A stretch of 62,007 nt of DNA, filler included, from Candidatus Nezhaarchaeota archaeon WYZ-LMO8 (GTDB lineage: Archaea; Thermoproteota; Methanomethylicia; Nezhaarchaeales; WYZ-LMO8): assembly GCA_004347965.1 (NCBI GenBank). It is 4 parts of 4 records of this genome, joined end to end, with 100 filler letters (N's around TTAATTAATTAA, not from the genome) between each part and the next. Parts side by side here need not be neighbours in the genome. Positions count along the whole stretch, not along the records: positions 16,178 to 31,598 come from QNVF01000030.1; 3 more parts are not named here. One strand, given 5' to 3'. Position numbers and translations under genes: made by a program. Below, in pieces: positions 20,233-30,180 of the stretch. The notes beneath the pieces were generated by a model. That model ran no database searches. It worked only from the letters and a program-made list of their open reading frames with translations, and had not been told where the DNA came from. How positions within the stretch are numbered: the stretch's first letter is position 1; each line of letters starts with the position of its first letter.

Positions 20233-20631
20233 TTACTCTACGTATATGACCTTGACGCCACTGTTGCTTGCTGCATTTGCTTGTTTTTTATCGCTCGTTA
20301 TCAGCTCCGCTTCAAGTTCCATCGCTAAAACTATGAGTAGCGCGTCGTAGATCGTTATTCCATGCTTTAAGGCGATGTCGAATGCCTTCGCTACATACCT
20401 CCCTTGCTCTTTTAGTGGAAGTGGGCTTTCCTCCACTAACTCTCTTACTATAGTTGGGACTATTTCATGACTCATCTCTCCTCTAGCAACCTTCTTTAGG
20501 AGAGAGCTTGCAACTTCCTTTAATGCTAGTTCTAGAGTTATAACTCCTTCAAGGAGAAGTTCTCTAACCTTTTCCCATCCTTTTTCACGTGAAAAGTACT
20601 TGGCTAAAGCTGATGAGTCAATGACTCTCAC
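20233..20631 (-). CDS. vapC: VapC PIN-domain toxin
   Basis: VIDSSAL, TIYDAL, LITSD. Confidence 0.9.
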   Translation of the reverse strand: MRVIDSSALAKYFSREKGWEKVRELLLEGVITLELALKEVASSLLKKVARGEMSHEIVPTIVRELVEESPLPLKEQGRYVAKAFDIALKHGITIYDALLIVLAMELEAELITSDKKQANAASNSGVKVIYVE

Positions 20632-20851
20632 GATCTTCCCTTACCGATATCATCGAGAAGCCTTTCTCACTAGGCCTTACGTTCTTTAATAAATCGTCCC
20701 ATCTAGAGACGTAGTCTCTTATCTTAACCTTCCAGGCAAGCTCTTCAAGGAACCTTCTGACCACTTCGCCTACATCTATACCGCTCTTCTCAAGAATTCT
20801 CTTAACTTCTTCCCTAACCCTTACACTAATGACGGCTGACGGCTTCCCCAC
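20618..20851 (-). CDS. vapB: VapB-type antitoxin
   Basis: VISVRV RHH-like start, SVREDRE end; overlaps vapC. Confidence 0.85.
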   Translation of the reverse strand: MGKPSAVISVRVREEVKRILEKSGIDVGEVVRRFLEELAWKVKIRDYVSRWDDLLKNVRPSEKGFSMISVREDRESH

Positions 20852-21022
20852 TTTGTTACAATAGAATAAACACTTTTTATAAACATTATTGTCTACTATT
20901 CAATCATGAATATCAGCCCTTAGCTACTTAATCTAAGCCTTAAATGTTATTGAAGGAGCAGTGGACGAGGAGCTGGCATCATCATGCAATGTTGATTGCT
21001 AGAGCTATGATCGTGCTAGGCT

Positions 21023-21910
21023 CTAGTTTTTCAGTGCGAGTACTACTTCATCTCTTCTAAGGATTCTTGCAGTAAAGCCAACTTCTTCAAGTCTCTTCGC
21101 TACGCTCCTTATCAAGTCAAGTCCTCGCATTCTTCCTGGAGAGCCAACGTAGTGGAATAGAAGACCATTCTCCTTTAATACTCTGTGAAACTCTGAGTAA
21201 AGCTCTCTCCCATAGAGACGTCCTGTTCTAGCTGAGAAGCGTGGTGGATCGTGTACTATCCTATCAAAGCACTCGTCCCCTAGTTTCTTTATGGCTTCAC
21301 ATACATCCCCCATGACTACTTGGATTTGAAGTTCTTTAATCTTCCAGCTCCAGGGATTGTAGCTCGCCAACTCGATTACGTTTGGATCTAACTCTACGGT
21401 CAGAACCTTCGCACCCAGTAGAGCTGAGTGTATTGCTGTGTAACCTAGACCCATACACGAATCAAGAACTCTATGATTAGCTCTAACCTTAGCTAGCGAA
21501 ACCTTCCTCCTAGCATCCTCCCAAGGAGTGGTCCCCTCGATCTTGTGCATGTGGATACCGTCGATTTCAAGTGTTGGAGCTGTGTTGTCAGCTACCCTCC
21601 TAAGCTTGTAGAAGTGCTCTCTCGCTATGACAAGCTTAGATAGCCCCTCACTACTTAAAGAGTATACTCCCTCCTCATCATCAGCTACTTCTTCGAGCTC
21701 CCTTAAATTCACGCTAAAGTCTCCAATTATCGCCTCATCATCGATGATCTTGACGTCTACCATCCTGAGTCCAAGGTTGGCTAATACAGCAAAGGAGCTG
21801 GATTCCATTCTTCTATTCAATACTTCACGAGCAGAGCAGCAGTCTATCACTATCACAGGCTTAGGCTTAAAGTCTATGAAGGACAGGTCCTTAATGCAAA
21901 TTGCGTTCAA
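21023..21910 (-). CDS. Class I SAM-dependent methyltransferase
   Basis: PTLEIDGIHMH, VLDSCMGLGYTA, HDPPRF. Confidence 0.88.
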   Translation of the reverse strand: MNAICIKDLSFIDFKPKPVIVIDCCSAREVLNRRMESSSFAVLANLGLRMVDVKIIDDEAIIGDFSVNLRELEEVADDEEGVYSLSSEGLSKLVIAREHFYKLRRVADNTAPTLEIDGIHMHKIEGTTPWEDARRKVSLAKVRANHRVLDSCMGLGYTAIHSALLGAKVLTVELDPNVIELASYNPWSWKIKELQIQVVMGDVCEAIKKLGDECFDRIVHDPPRFSARTGRLYGRELYSEFHRVLKENGLLFHYVGSPGRMRGLDLIRSVAKRLEEVGFTARILRRDEVVLALKN

Positions 21911-22112
21911 TCCCCCGTTTACCAGAACATTAAAGCTTTTTCTCTCGCTACTCTTAAAGCTTCAAGCCTTGATCATCTCAAGGCTCTAAACGAAGAAGTG
22001 CTAAAGAAGAATTTTGTGAGGAGTAGAGGACTTATGATGAAAAAGCTTACAGTAAGACTCCTATATATGTTGTACTGGATTCGTACATAGTTAATTGAGC
22101 TTGGCGTAATCC

Positions 22113-22907
22113 ATGAAGGCTTATCCAAGGATGATAAGGAGGGGAGATAGTTTTAATCCTTTAGAGGTAGCTAAGTGGACTGAGGAGATCGTCTGTAGAG
22201 ATGGCTCTAGGAAGTATACAGCATTCTATGCTACTGGCGTTTATGGTGGGATAGCAACTGGTTACGTGGTTGGATGCTGCTTTAGGTGCTTCTTCTGTTG
22301 GACCGATTTCAGCAGAGATTTCCCTGAGTTCTATGGGAGGTACTATACAGCTGAAGAAGCTTGCAAGAACATAGTTGATGTGGCGAAGAAGTGGAAGGTT
22401 AATAAAGCGAGGATAAGTGGTGGTGAGCCAACTCTCTGCAAAAAACACCTTATTGATCTGCTGAGGTTAATTGAAGAGAGGGATGAGATCAAGCTATTCA
22501 TACTTGAAACTAATGGTTTACTCTTTGGTGTCGATGAGGGTTATGTTAAGGATGTCGTTAAGTTCGAGAAGGTCTACGTGAGGGTCTCACTTAAAGCTGG
22601 AGAGCCTGAAGCTTTTGAAGCTAGAACAGGAGCCTCAAAAGAATTCTTTGAGTTGCCGTTCAAGGCCATTAAGAGCTTGCTGGATTTAAATGCAAGGTTT
22701 CACGTAGCCGCTATGACCGATCCGAGGATAATGCCATCAGAAGAGAGGAGGAAGCTTATTGAGAGACTTAGAGAGATAGACGACTTCTTAGCCGTTAACT
22801 TGGAAGAAGAGGTTTGTGATCCCTATGAAGGAACACTTGTAAGGATGCAGTTCTATGGTCTAGATCCCTTAAAATTCTTTGAAAGGAGGAGGGGGTATTG
22901 GAGCTAA
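22113..22907 (+). CDS. Radical SAM protein
   Basis: GCCFRCFFCW, RISGGEP, ETNG. Confidence 0.9.
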   Translation: MKAYPRMIRRGDSFNPLEVAKWTEEIVCRDGSRKYTAFYATGVYGGIATGYVVGCCFRCFFCWTDFSRDFPEFYGRYYTAEEACKNIVDVAKKWKVNKARISGGEPTLCKKHLIDLLRLIEERDEIKLFILETNGLLFGVDEGYVKDVVKFEKVYVRVSLKAGEPEAFEARTGASKEFFELPFKAIKSLLDLNARFHVAAMTDPRIMPSEERRKLIERLREIDDFLAVNLEEEVCDPYEGTLVRMQFYGLDPLKFFERRRGYWS

Positions 22908-23143
22908 AGAATATTGTGAAGCTAATATTCAAGTTGTCCGAAGTTGAGGGCGAGGACCTCCCTCTCAAACATCTCCTCTCAGCATTCAATATCGAGGTTC
23001 CGAGAGAGCTGAAGCCTTATGAGGATCTACCTCCAAGGATAGCATTATCCTTAATTTATAAGATTGAGGGGATGAGAAATTTATTGAGAGAAGTTTCTTC
23101 GGAGCTAATTAAGGAGAAGTGCACGATTAAGCATTGCCATTAA
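22898..23143 (+). CDS. Hypothetical protein
   Basis: 81-aa ORF overlapping upstream stop, GGAGG before TTG. Confidence 0.5.
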   Translation: MELKNIVKLIFKLSEVEGEDLPLKHLLSAFNIEVPRELKPYEDLPPRIALSLIYKIEGMRNLLREVSSELIKEKCTIKHCH

Positions 23144-23315
23144 AGGACTTTGAGCTTATGATGTTGTTAAAGTTTTACGAAGTGATTAGCGAGAGATCAC
23201 TCATCCACGTCGATTGCATGACGTTACGTGACTAAATTTATCGTATAGGAACATAGTGATCGAGCTGTTGAAGAGGGGTAAAATTTTTGAAAAATCCGCT
23301 CAAAACTACTGTAGT

Positions 23316-23705
23316 ATGGACACAGTTGGATATCACTATGTTGTTGAAGCGTCTGGTTGTGATCCTGAGGTACTTGGTAACGTCGACAAACTTAGAGAGA
23401 TATTATTGAGGGCAGCCAAGAATGCGAAGATGGATGTTAAAGGCAGCTACTTCTTCAAATTCACTCCAACAGGAGTTAGCGGGACTCTTATAGTTGCGAT
23501 GTCTCATGTATCTATTCACACGTGGCCTGAGCATCAATATGCCGCTCTCGATGTTTATGTTTGTGGAGAAGGCCATGATTCTGAAAAAGCTGTATCTGAA
23601 ATACTAGCTGGGCTGAAAGCTAAACATGCTCACATAACTGAGATTCGGAGGGGAGTAAAGGATAACGATGAGTTTACCCATATAATTGTGACGTGGGAGG
23701 AGTAG
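23316..23705 (+). CDS. Pyruvoyl-dependent SAM/arginine decarboxylase proenzyme family (SpeD/SpeH-like)
   Basis: GYHY, F.PTGVSG, SHVSIHTWPE..YAALDVYVCG; cleavage motif MSH rather than ESH. Confidence 0.88.
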   Translation: MDTVGYHYVVEASGCDPEVLGNVDKLREILLRAAKNAKMDVKGSYFFKFTPTGVSGTLIVAMSHVSIHTWPEHQYAALDVYVCGEGHDSEKAVSEILAGLKAKHAHITEIRRGVKDNDEFTHIIVTWEE

Positions 23706-24076
23706 CTTCTCCAGCGCTCAGCAACTTGAACTCCTTATCGTCTAGTTCTTACATGTTCGATTTCGAGCACGTAGTAATGTAGTTTTAAAGCCCTATTACT
23801 GCGAATTAATGTTTGGCTAGTGATCAGTGAATCCTTCCTGCCCTCAAAAGCATGGTACGTCAGAGAGTAGGTTAAGTAGAAGAAATTGCAATATTATTTG
23901 AGAATTAGTGATAGAGTCATTACTCAGTAACTACGTACATCAAGAAGCCACTTAGTTAAGGTGTAAGAGCTGGTTTTGTAGCTTCTCCTTTAAGTTCTTT
24001 AAAGTTTTTAGGTGGGCACCGATAAGCTAGGCTATTAGTACGTAAGGATGTTTTCTAAGAGTGGGGAGAGCTAGCC

Positions 24077-25447
24077 ATGAGTCGCCCGGTAATAAAGGAA
24101 GTTGAAGAGAGAGGTCCTGAGCGTAGGCTAGGTCTTCACGGTCATATAACTGGGCTTGGTCTGGACGAGAAGTTAAAGGCGATACACGTAGCTGATGGGC
24201 TTGTTGGCCAAGAAGAAGCGCGCGAGGCTGCTGGCATAATGGTTGAGCTAGTTAAGAGGGGAAAGAGGCCTGGACACGGCTTGCTTCTAGTGGGACCGCC
24301 AGGAACAGGTAAGACCGCCATAGCTGTTGGAATGGCTAGAGAGCTTGGTAGAGACGTACCTTTTGTATCGATATCTGGTAGTGAGATATATGGAAGCACG
24401 TTGAAGAAGACCGAGCTGCTAACTCAAGCGATACGTAGAGCTGTTGGTCTAAGGCTTTACGAGGAGAAGGAGGTATACGAGGGGGAGGTCGTTAACATAG
24501 AGATAGAGAAGGCATCCCACCCCTACAACCCCTACGTGCAGGTAGCTCTAGGAGCGTTCCTAACCTTGAGAACCAAGCAAGAGGAGAAGAGCTTGGAGGT
24601 AGGTGAGCGAGTTGCAAATCAGCTATTGAGACTTAACGTGAGGCCGGGCGATGTAATAGAGATAGAGGCTGAGACCGGGCACGTTAAGAAGCTTGGTAGG
24701 AGCAAGCAGGTTGAGAGCAAGTGGAAGGGCGAGTACAGGATTGGAAAGATAGTTGAGGTACCTAGCGGTCCAGTTAAGAAGGTGAAGAAGACGACTCACA
24801 CGGTTACCCTCCATGACGTAGATATGGCGAACATAAGAGCTGGTAGAATTATGTTGTTTAGGGAGGAGGAGATAACTAGCGAGATTAGGGCTAAGGTCGA
24901 TGAGCAAGTGGATGAAGCGGTAAAGAGCAAGAAAGCTGAGCTCGTCCCCGGAGTCCTGTTTATTGATGAGGCACACATGCTGGACATAGAGGCCTTCAGC
25001 TTCTTGAATAGAGCCTTGGAGCAAGAGTATGCACCGCTCGTGGTATTAGCGACCAATAGAGCTGTGACAAAGATTAGGGGTACAGACTTCAAGTCTCCAC
25101 ATGGGATACCAATTGACATGCTTGATAGGCTGCTAATAGCTAAAACTAAGATACCACCTCCGGAGGATGTGAGGAAGATCCTTGAAATAAAAGCTCTAGC
25201 TGATGGTATAGAGCTATCACCAGAGACTCTCGATATGCTTACTGATATAGGAGTTAAGAGAACCTTACGCTATGCAGCTCAATTGCTACAGCCAGCTAAG
25301 GTTGTAGCTGAGATCTCTGGAAGTAACGTAGTGAGACCAGAACACGTAGAGAGGGTGATGAGGGTGTACTTGGACTTCAGAGATTCGATAAGCTATCTTA
25401 ATGAAGAGTTGAAGAAAGATCCACTACTCTCAGAGTTCCTTCAGTAA
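24077..25447 (+). CDS. TIP49/RuvB-like AAA+ ATPase (Rvb1/Rvb2 homolog)
   Basis: HGHITGLGLD, GLVGQEEAREA, GPPGTGKT, FIDEAHMLDIE, SPHGIPIDMLDR. Confidence 0.95.
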   Translation: MSRPVIKEVEERGPERRLGLHGHITGLGLDEKLKAIHVADGLVGQEEAREAAGIMVELVKRGKRPGHGLLLVGPPGTGKTAIAVGMARELGRDVPFVSISGSEIYGSTLKKTELLTQAIRRAVGLRLYEEKEVYEGEVVNIEIEKASHPYNPYVQVALGAFLTLRTKQEEKSLEVGERVANQLLRLNVRPGDVIEIEAETGHVKKLGRSKQVESKWKGEYRIGKIVEVPSGPVKKVKKTTHTVTLHDVDMANIRAGRIMLFREEEITSEIRAKVDEQVDEAVKSKKAELVPGVLFIDEAHMLDIEAFSFLNRALEQEYAPLVVLATNRAVTKIRGTDFKSPHGIPIDMLDRLLIAKTKIPPPEDVRKILEIKALADGIELSPETLDMLTDIGVKRTLRYAAQLLQPAKVVAEISGSNVVRPEHVERVMRVYLDFRDSISYLNEELKKDPLLSEFLQ

Positions 25448-25823
25448 CTCCTTAGCCAACCAACTCTTCCACGATGAGAGTAGATGAAGGAAAGTTTGAA
25501 ATAACGTATTGCTCTGCAAAGCTTTTTTAAAAGCTTGATTTTAAGCGATGAGTTCTGTCCTCACGTTCTATTGAACTTGAAGTAAGTGAAGTAGAAGAAG
25601 CAATGAAGTGTTAAGATCTCTGAGGTTATTTGAAGTAAGAAGATAAACGAGAATAGCTTAACGATTGTCGCTAGCAGCGATTAGGTTAGGAGAGAGTAGT
25701 TGTTTAGGTTGTGAGTACATGATTAGGCAACTTCGAGAAGGCTACTATCGTGTTGTAAGCTACTTTCAAAAGATAAAGAGTTTAGTGAGGAGAGGTCGAG
25801 AGTCGAGAGGTTCACAAAAGCTG

Positions 25824-26015
25824 ATGATGAACATCGCCAGTGATCAACAACTAGAAGGTGGAGTAATCGAAGAAAATGTCGAAGCTAAGGAGGTTAAGAG
25901 GAAGGGAGCCAAAAAGGCTAGGAAGAGCACAGTTAAGAAGGCGGTTAAGAAGCGGAGAGCTAGAAGTACTAGGAAGAGAGCTAAGAAGCGGAGGGCTAAG
26001 AAGAGCAGGCGTTAA
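25824..26015 (+). CDS. Small Lys/Arg-rich protein (histone H1-tail/protamine-like composition)
   Basis: 25 K/R in last 39 residues; start uncertain (ORF open from 25665). Confidence 0.6.
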   Translation: MMNIASDQQLEGGVIEENVEAKEVKRKGAKKARKSTVKKAVKKRRARSTRKRAKKRRAKKSRR

Positions 26016-26078
26016 GAAAGCTTGCTTAGCTACCTCACCTTACTCCCCTTCATTATAAGGATGGCAGCGTATTGGTCA

Positions 26079-27203
26079 TCAGAGTCCAGGTAATTCGCTT
26101 AGCTCCTCAGCCCGGACGTAAAGCGATTCATCTATCTTTAAGCCGTTGTTTATGATCTCCAAAATCCTAGCCTTCTCCTCAGGTAGCTTATAGCCATCAT
26201 AGTCTTGCTTAAATAGCCATACTATCCCCACGACGGTCTTATATGCTGGGTTAATGAAGTGGTCGAAGCAGAGTCTTCCAGTAATCTTTAAGCCCTCAAC
26301 CATTGTTCCAATCTCTCTCAGCTCCTCATGGGGTGAAAGTAGCTGGAAATTCCCGCTCTTCCATTCTTCATATAATGGCGTTCCCTTACGAGGAATAAAC
26401 CTCCTAGTCCTCACAAAGTCTGGGTTTATTTTGCTTAAGACTTTAGCCGTGTTCAATGCATGCTGCCTTGACATGGACTTGCCGCCCAATCCAGGCATCC
26501 AATAAAGAGAGAGCTCGAAGCCTGTCTCCTTAGCCTTCTTACCAGCAGCTATGAGTTCTTGGCTCGTCACTCCCTTATTGACATACTTGAGAACCTCGTC
26601 GTCTCCAGACTCTAGACCCACGTGAAGTCTTGAGAGTCCAGCTTCACGCAACTCCTTTAGCTCCTCAACTGACTTTCTTACAAGGCTCTTTGCCCTAGCA
26701 TAGCATGTAATCCTTTCTAGACTTGGAAAGGTCTGCTTGAGGTGAGATATTACCTCAACCAACTTACTTGTTGGAAGAATTAAGCTGTCAGCATCTTGAA
26801 GAAAAGCCGTTTTAGCTCCTGCACGAAGCCAGTTGTATACGTTTACCATGCACTCGAAGTTCTTAAGCTCCTCTACGTCCAGCTCAGATAAGCTCTTCCC
26901 GTATAGGAAATTGGGGTTAATGATCTTCGATACCCAGTACATTCCTCCAAGCCTTTTAGCTAGAGCCATTATGTGCTCGCTAATTTCCTTGGCTACATCT
27001 ATGTCCCTCTTAACCTCTTCCACATCTCTAGGCTGAAACTTCTCCCTATTGTATGGGGTACCGTAGCAGAACTTACATAAACTCCAAGGGCAGTTGCGAG
27101 TGACTCTTATTAGGAGTGATGAGCTTCCACCTTCAGATGGAGGTCTAATAGGTCCTATTTCGAAGGATAACTCCTTTAACCTCTCCACTTCAAGCGTGAC
27201 CAT
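26079..27203 (-). CDS. Radical SAM protein
   Basis: IRPPSE, CPWSLCKFC, GLESG. Confidence 0.9.
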   Translation of the reverse strand: MVTLEVERLKELSFEIGPIRPPSEGGSSSLLIRVTRNCPWSLCKFCYGTPYNREKFQPRDVEEVKRDIDVAKEISEHIMALAKRLGGMYWVSKIINPNFLYGKSLSELDVEELKNFECMVNVYNWLRAGAKTAFLQDADSLILPTSKLVEVISHLKQTFPSLERITCYARAKSLVRKSVEELKELREAGLSRLHVGLESGDDEVLKYVNKGVTSQELIAAGKKAKETGFELSLYWMPGLGGKSMSRQHALNTAKVLSKINPDFVRTRRFIPRKGTPLYEEWKSGNFQLLSPHEELREIGTMVEGLKITGRLCFDHFINPAYKTVVGIVWLFKQDYDGYKLPEEKARILEIINNGLKIDESLYVRAEELSELPGL

Positions 27204-27703
27204 ATTTTAACACCTTCATGCCATCAAAATCACGTTACGTGCTCTCCGGCAGAGTACCTTAACACACCACGATTTAAGTAATCACCTTCATCGCGTAACA
27301 CTGGTTCCTCGATTGTTAACGTGCTATCCATTAAAGGGTTAAAGTCTCGCAGAGCTCAAGAGAAAAGCATGAAGACTTTCATTGAAGAACTTTAAGTTCC
27401 CTCATATAGTCAGGCTTAATGCATTTAAATAGCTACAGTATAGACATCAACCTCTATTTCTGCGTCTAGCATATCTTGGTATCGTAACGCTACATTATAA
27501 ACCTTGAGCAATCACTCTTAACGAGCTTCCCAATAATCGCGAAGTCATGGCGTTTGGTGATGTGTGCTAAGCCTTGAAAGACCTTAAAGATGCTACTAAA
27601 CAACATCATGGTTTAAGGTTTGCTGGTAGTTGAGTTAAGAAGATAAGAAGTCGTCATAATGTAATTTATATGCTCAGGTTTAAGTAGCTTTGAGGTGCTG
27701 GTG

Positions 27704-28186
27704 ATGGTTAATGTCTTGGTGATCTACTACTCGAGGACTGGTAATACTAAGGCTATGGCTGAGGAGGTTGCTAGAGGTGCTAGAGATGCTGGAGCTAACG
27801 TGAAGTTGAGGTCGGTTGACGAGGTTAAGCTCGAGGACCTTGTATGGGCTCATGGAATAATAATTGGAAGCCCAACGTACTTTGGTCTTCCAGCTACTCC
27901 GATAAAGAAGTTAATCGATGAATCGGTAAAGATTAGGGGTAAGCTTGAGGGTAAGGTTGGAGCTGCTTTCTCATCTTCATTTCATAGAGCCGGTGGAAGA
28001 GAGACCACCATGCTAGCTATCCTCCAAGCTATGCTGATACACGGCATGATAGTATGCGGAGACCCTCTATCCACGGGTGGTCACTATGGAGCAGCAGCTA
28101 ATGGTGCTCCTGATGAGCAGGCGAAAAGGGAGTGCTATGCGCTAGGTCGAAGGGTTGCAGAAATTGCTCGAAAGCTTTTTGAGTAA
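27704..28186 (+). CDS. Flavodoxin-like NAD(P)H oxidoreductase (WrbA family)
   Basis: YYSRTGNT, GSPTYFG, GGRETT. Confidence 0.92.
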   Translation: MVNVLVIYYSRTGNTKAMAEEVARGARDAGANVKLRSVDEVKLEDLVWAHGIIIGSPTYFGLPATPIKKLIDESVKIRGKLEGKVGAAFSSSFHRAGGRETTMLAILQAMLIHGMIVCGDPLSTGGHYGAAANGAPDEQAKRECYALGRRVAEIARKLFE

Positions 28187-28254
28187 CGTGCTAACAAATA
28201 TAAAAATTGCTACATGTAGTGTAGAGCGAAGACCCGTTAATAAATGGCGTCGAG

Positions 28255-28881
28255 CTACTCTCCAAGCATTCTCCTCTTTGCTTTCTCAAACTCCTCTATT
28301 GTTATGATATTTTCATCCAGCATTCTCTTAAGCTTAGCAAGTTCATCAGCTATGGACGCTTTGCTTTGCGATTGCTCAACTAAGCATGCTATCTCCCTCA
28401 CTTTACTCTTAGTTTCGCAATCTATCAACCTCCAGATCTTCACTATCTCCTTCATGAGCTCGATTATGCGATCCTTCTTTATCTCGTAGAGGACAGAACC
28501 CATGTACTTCGCCATATCGTACATCTCACTGATTTCTTGTGATAGCTCTACAGCTTTCCCAACAGTGTACATCCTCACTTCTATGGCTACGCGAGCTCGA
28601 TTAGCTAAGAAGCCACGCTTACCTTCAAGCCTTATTGAGAGCTCCGCATCAGGGTCAACGGTAAAACTGTACTCTTCCATGCCTTCTCTTAATTCTTGAA
28701 GTCCCACGTTCACGCCAGAGCAAGATACGCATATTATGACTGGGTTCCTTGCAGCTGAGATCTTTACGACAACGTTGCCACCATACTTAGCATTGTATTT
28801 AAGTTCCTTAACTTCACCTGGAGAAACTACTAGCTTCAGTGGTCCCTCCTCATAGTAGAGGTGATCGTAATTCAGTGACAT
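28255..28881 (-). CDS. Hypothetical protein with C-terminal SHOCT domain
   Basis: IADELAKLKRMLDENIITIEEFEKAKRRML. Confidence 0.75.
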   Translation of the reverse strand: MSLNYDHLYYEEGPLKLVVSPGEVKELKYNAKYGGNVVVKISAARNPVIICVSCSGVNVGLQELREGMEEYSFTVDPDAELSIRLEGKRGFLANRARVAIEVRMYTVGKAVELSQEISEMYDMAKYMGSVLYEIKKDRIIELMKEIVKIWRLIDCETKSKVREIACLVEQSQSKASIADELAKLKRMLDENIITIEEFEKAKRRMLGE

Positions 28882-29082
28882 ACTATCTCCTTAAACACCT
28901 CTCGCATTAGTGAAAAGAGAAATCTAAAGGAACTTAATATAGTTTCTAATGTGAGGGGTTCAGAGATATAAAATCGAAAGTTGAGGGCGTCCTGATAGTT
29001 ATTGATTTCTCTGATTGTGGCTGATTGTTAAGAGGGATTTTAATGCCATCAACAACTTTTAGTGCTCCGTCATGGTCTGAGG

Positions 29083-30006
29083 CTACGTATTATGTGACGT
29101 CTTAAGCTTCCACAATTCTCTAGCTAGACTTCTAATGTAATTGGCTTTCTCAAGCTTTTCAACCCACTCCTCTGGCAATCCCTCCTCGCCGTGAAAAGCT
29201 CCAGCTATAGCTCCAGTCATAGAAGCTATGGTGTCTGCGTCTCCTCCAAGACTTACTGCATATAAAATGGACTTCAAGTAGCTATCGTGATTCTTAGCGA
29301 AGCAGTATATGGCTGTTGGAACAGAGTTTAGTGCTTCAACTCCATTACCAAGCTCCTTGATGATTACTCGCCCATCCTCCTCGTTAAGCAGCTCAATCGC
29401 TCTAAGAAGCTTATCCCTGAAGACCACGCTCTTAGTGAAGGACGCTACGTTCCTTAAATAGTTCTTGGGGCTGAAGACTTCATCACTTATCCTTAAGGCT
29501 AAGGCTATGGCGTACGCTTGTATAGCAGCTCCCTCCATACCTAACTCGTGAGCATGGGTTATTTCAGCGGACTTGTAGGCTACTTCTCTCAACTTCTCGA
29601 TATTATCGTGGTACAGCAGCGCTATGGGCGCTACCCTCATTGCAGCACCATTGCCAAGAGATCCAGCACCACCGTAAAGTCTCTTAGCAGCTTCCCTCCA
29701 CGATACGCCAGAAAGTATTAATCGAAATACTTTTGGAGGGCCAGGTCCATAGCCTCTCCAAGGCTCTCTCTGCCAATTACGTATGAAAGTCCATGCCATG
29801 TGCTCCCCATTAAAGCCTCTACATTCAATAAGAGACTCAGCTACTCCAATCATCATGTGAGTGTCGTCGGTCCACCTGCCATTGAACGTTATCTCAGATG
29901 TTCTAAAGTCGCCGAAAAAGCATCCTTCAAAGTGTGCTCCCAGAGCATCACCTATGGCACAGCCAAGCATGCATCCAGTGAACTTTAACTCCACATCCTT
30001 GCTCAT
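29083..30006 (-). CDS. ADP-ribosylglycohydrolase family protein
   Basis: IGDALG, WTDDT, GNGAAMR, GGDADT. Confidence 0.93.
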   Translation of the reverse strand: MSKDVELKFTGCMLGCAIGDALGAHFEGCFFGDFRTSEITFNGRWTDDTHMMIGVAESLIECRGFNGEHMAWTFIRNWQREPWRGYGPGPPKVFRLILSGVSWREAAKRLYGGAGSLGNGAAMRVAPIALLYHDNIEKLREVAYKSAEITHAHELGMEGAAIQAYAIALALRISDEVFSPKNYLRNVASFTKSVVFRDKLLRAIELLNEEDGRVIIKELGNGVEALNSVPTAIYCFAKNHDSYLKSILYAVSLGGDADTIASMTGAIAGAFHGEEGLPEEWVEKLEKANYIRSLARELWKLKTSHNT

Positions 30007-30180
30007 GATTGTAGCTCTAATAAAGTAGATTTCCTAGCACTTAATATCGTTATCCCTCGAGGAAAGCCGTCAATGTTTAGGGTCATTAGGAGCGCAAAGT
30101 TGCCTTACCTTCTCTATTCATCATTCTTCAGGCTGTGCGTGCAAGAATATTTAAAATGCCCTTATAGCCCCCACGATTAA

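Noticed and set aside
25876..26058. Alternative Arg/Leu-rich 60-aa frame over the basic protein
   Set aside because: Likely by-product of the purine-rich repeats; the K/R/A frame looks more protein-like, though frame needs experimental confirmation
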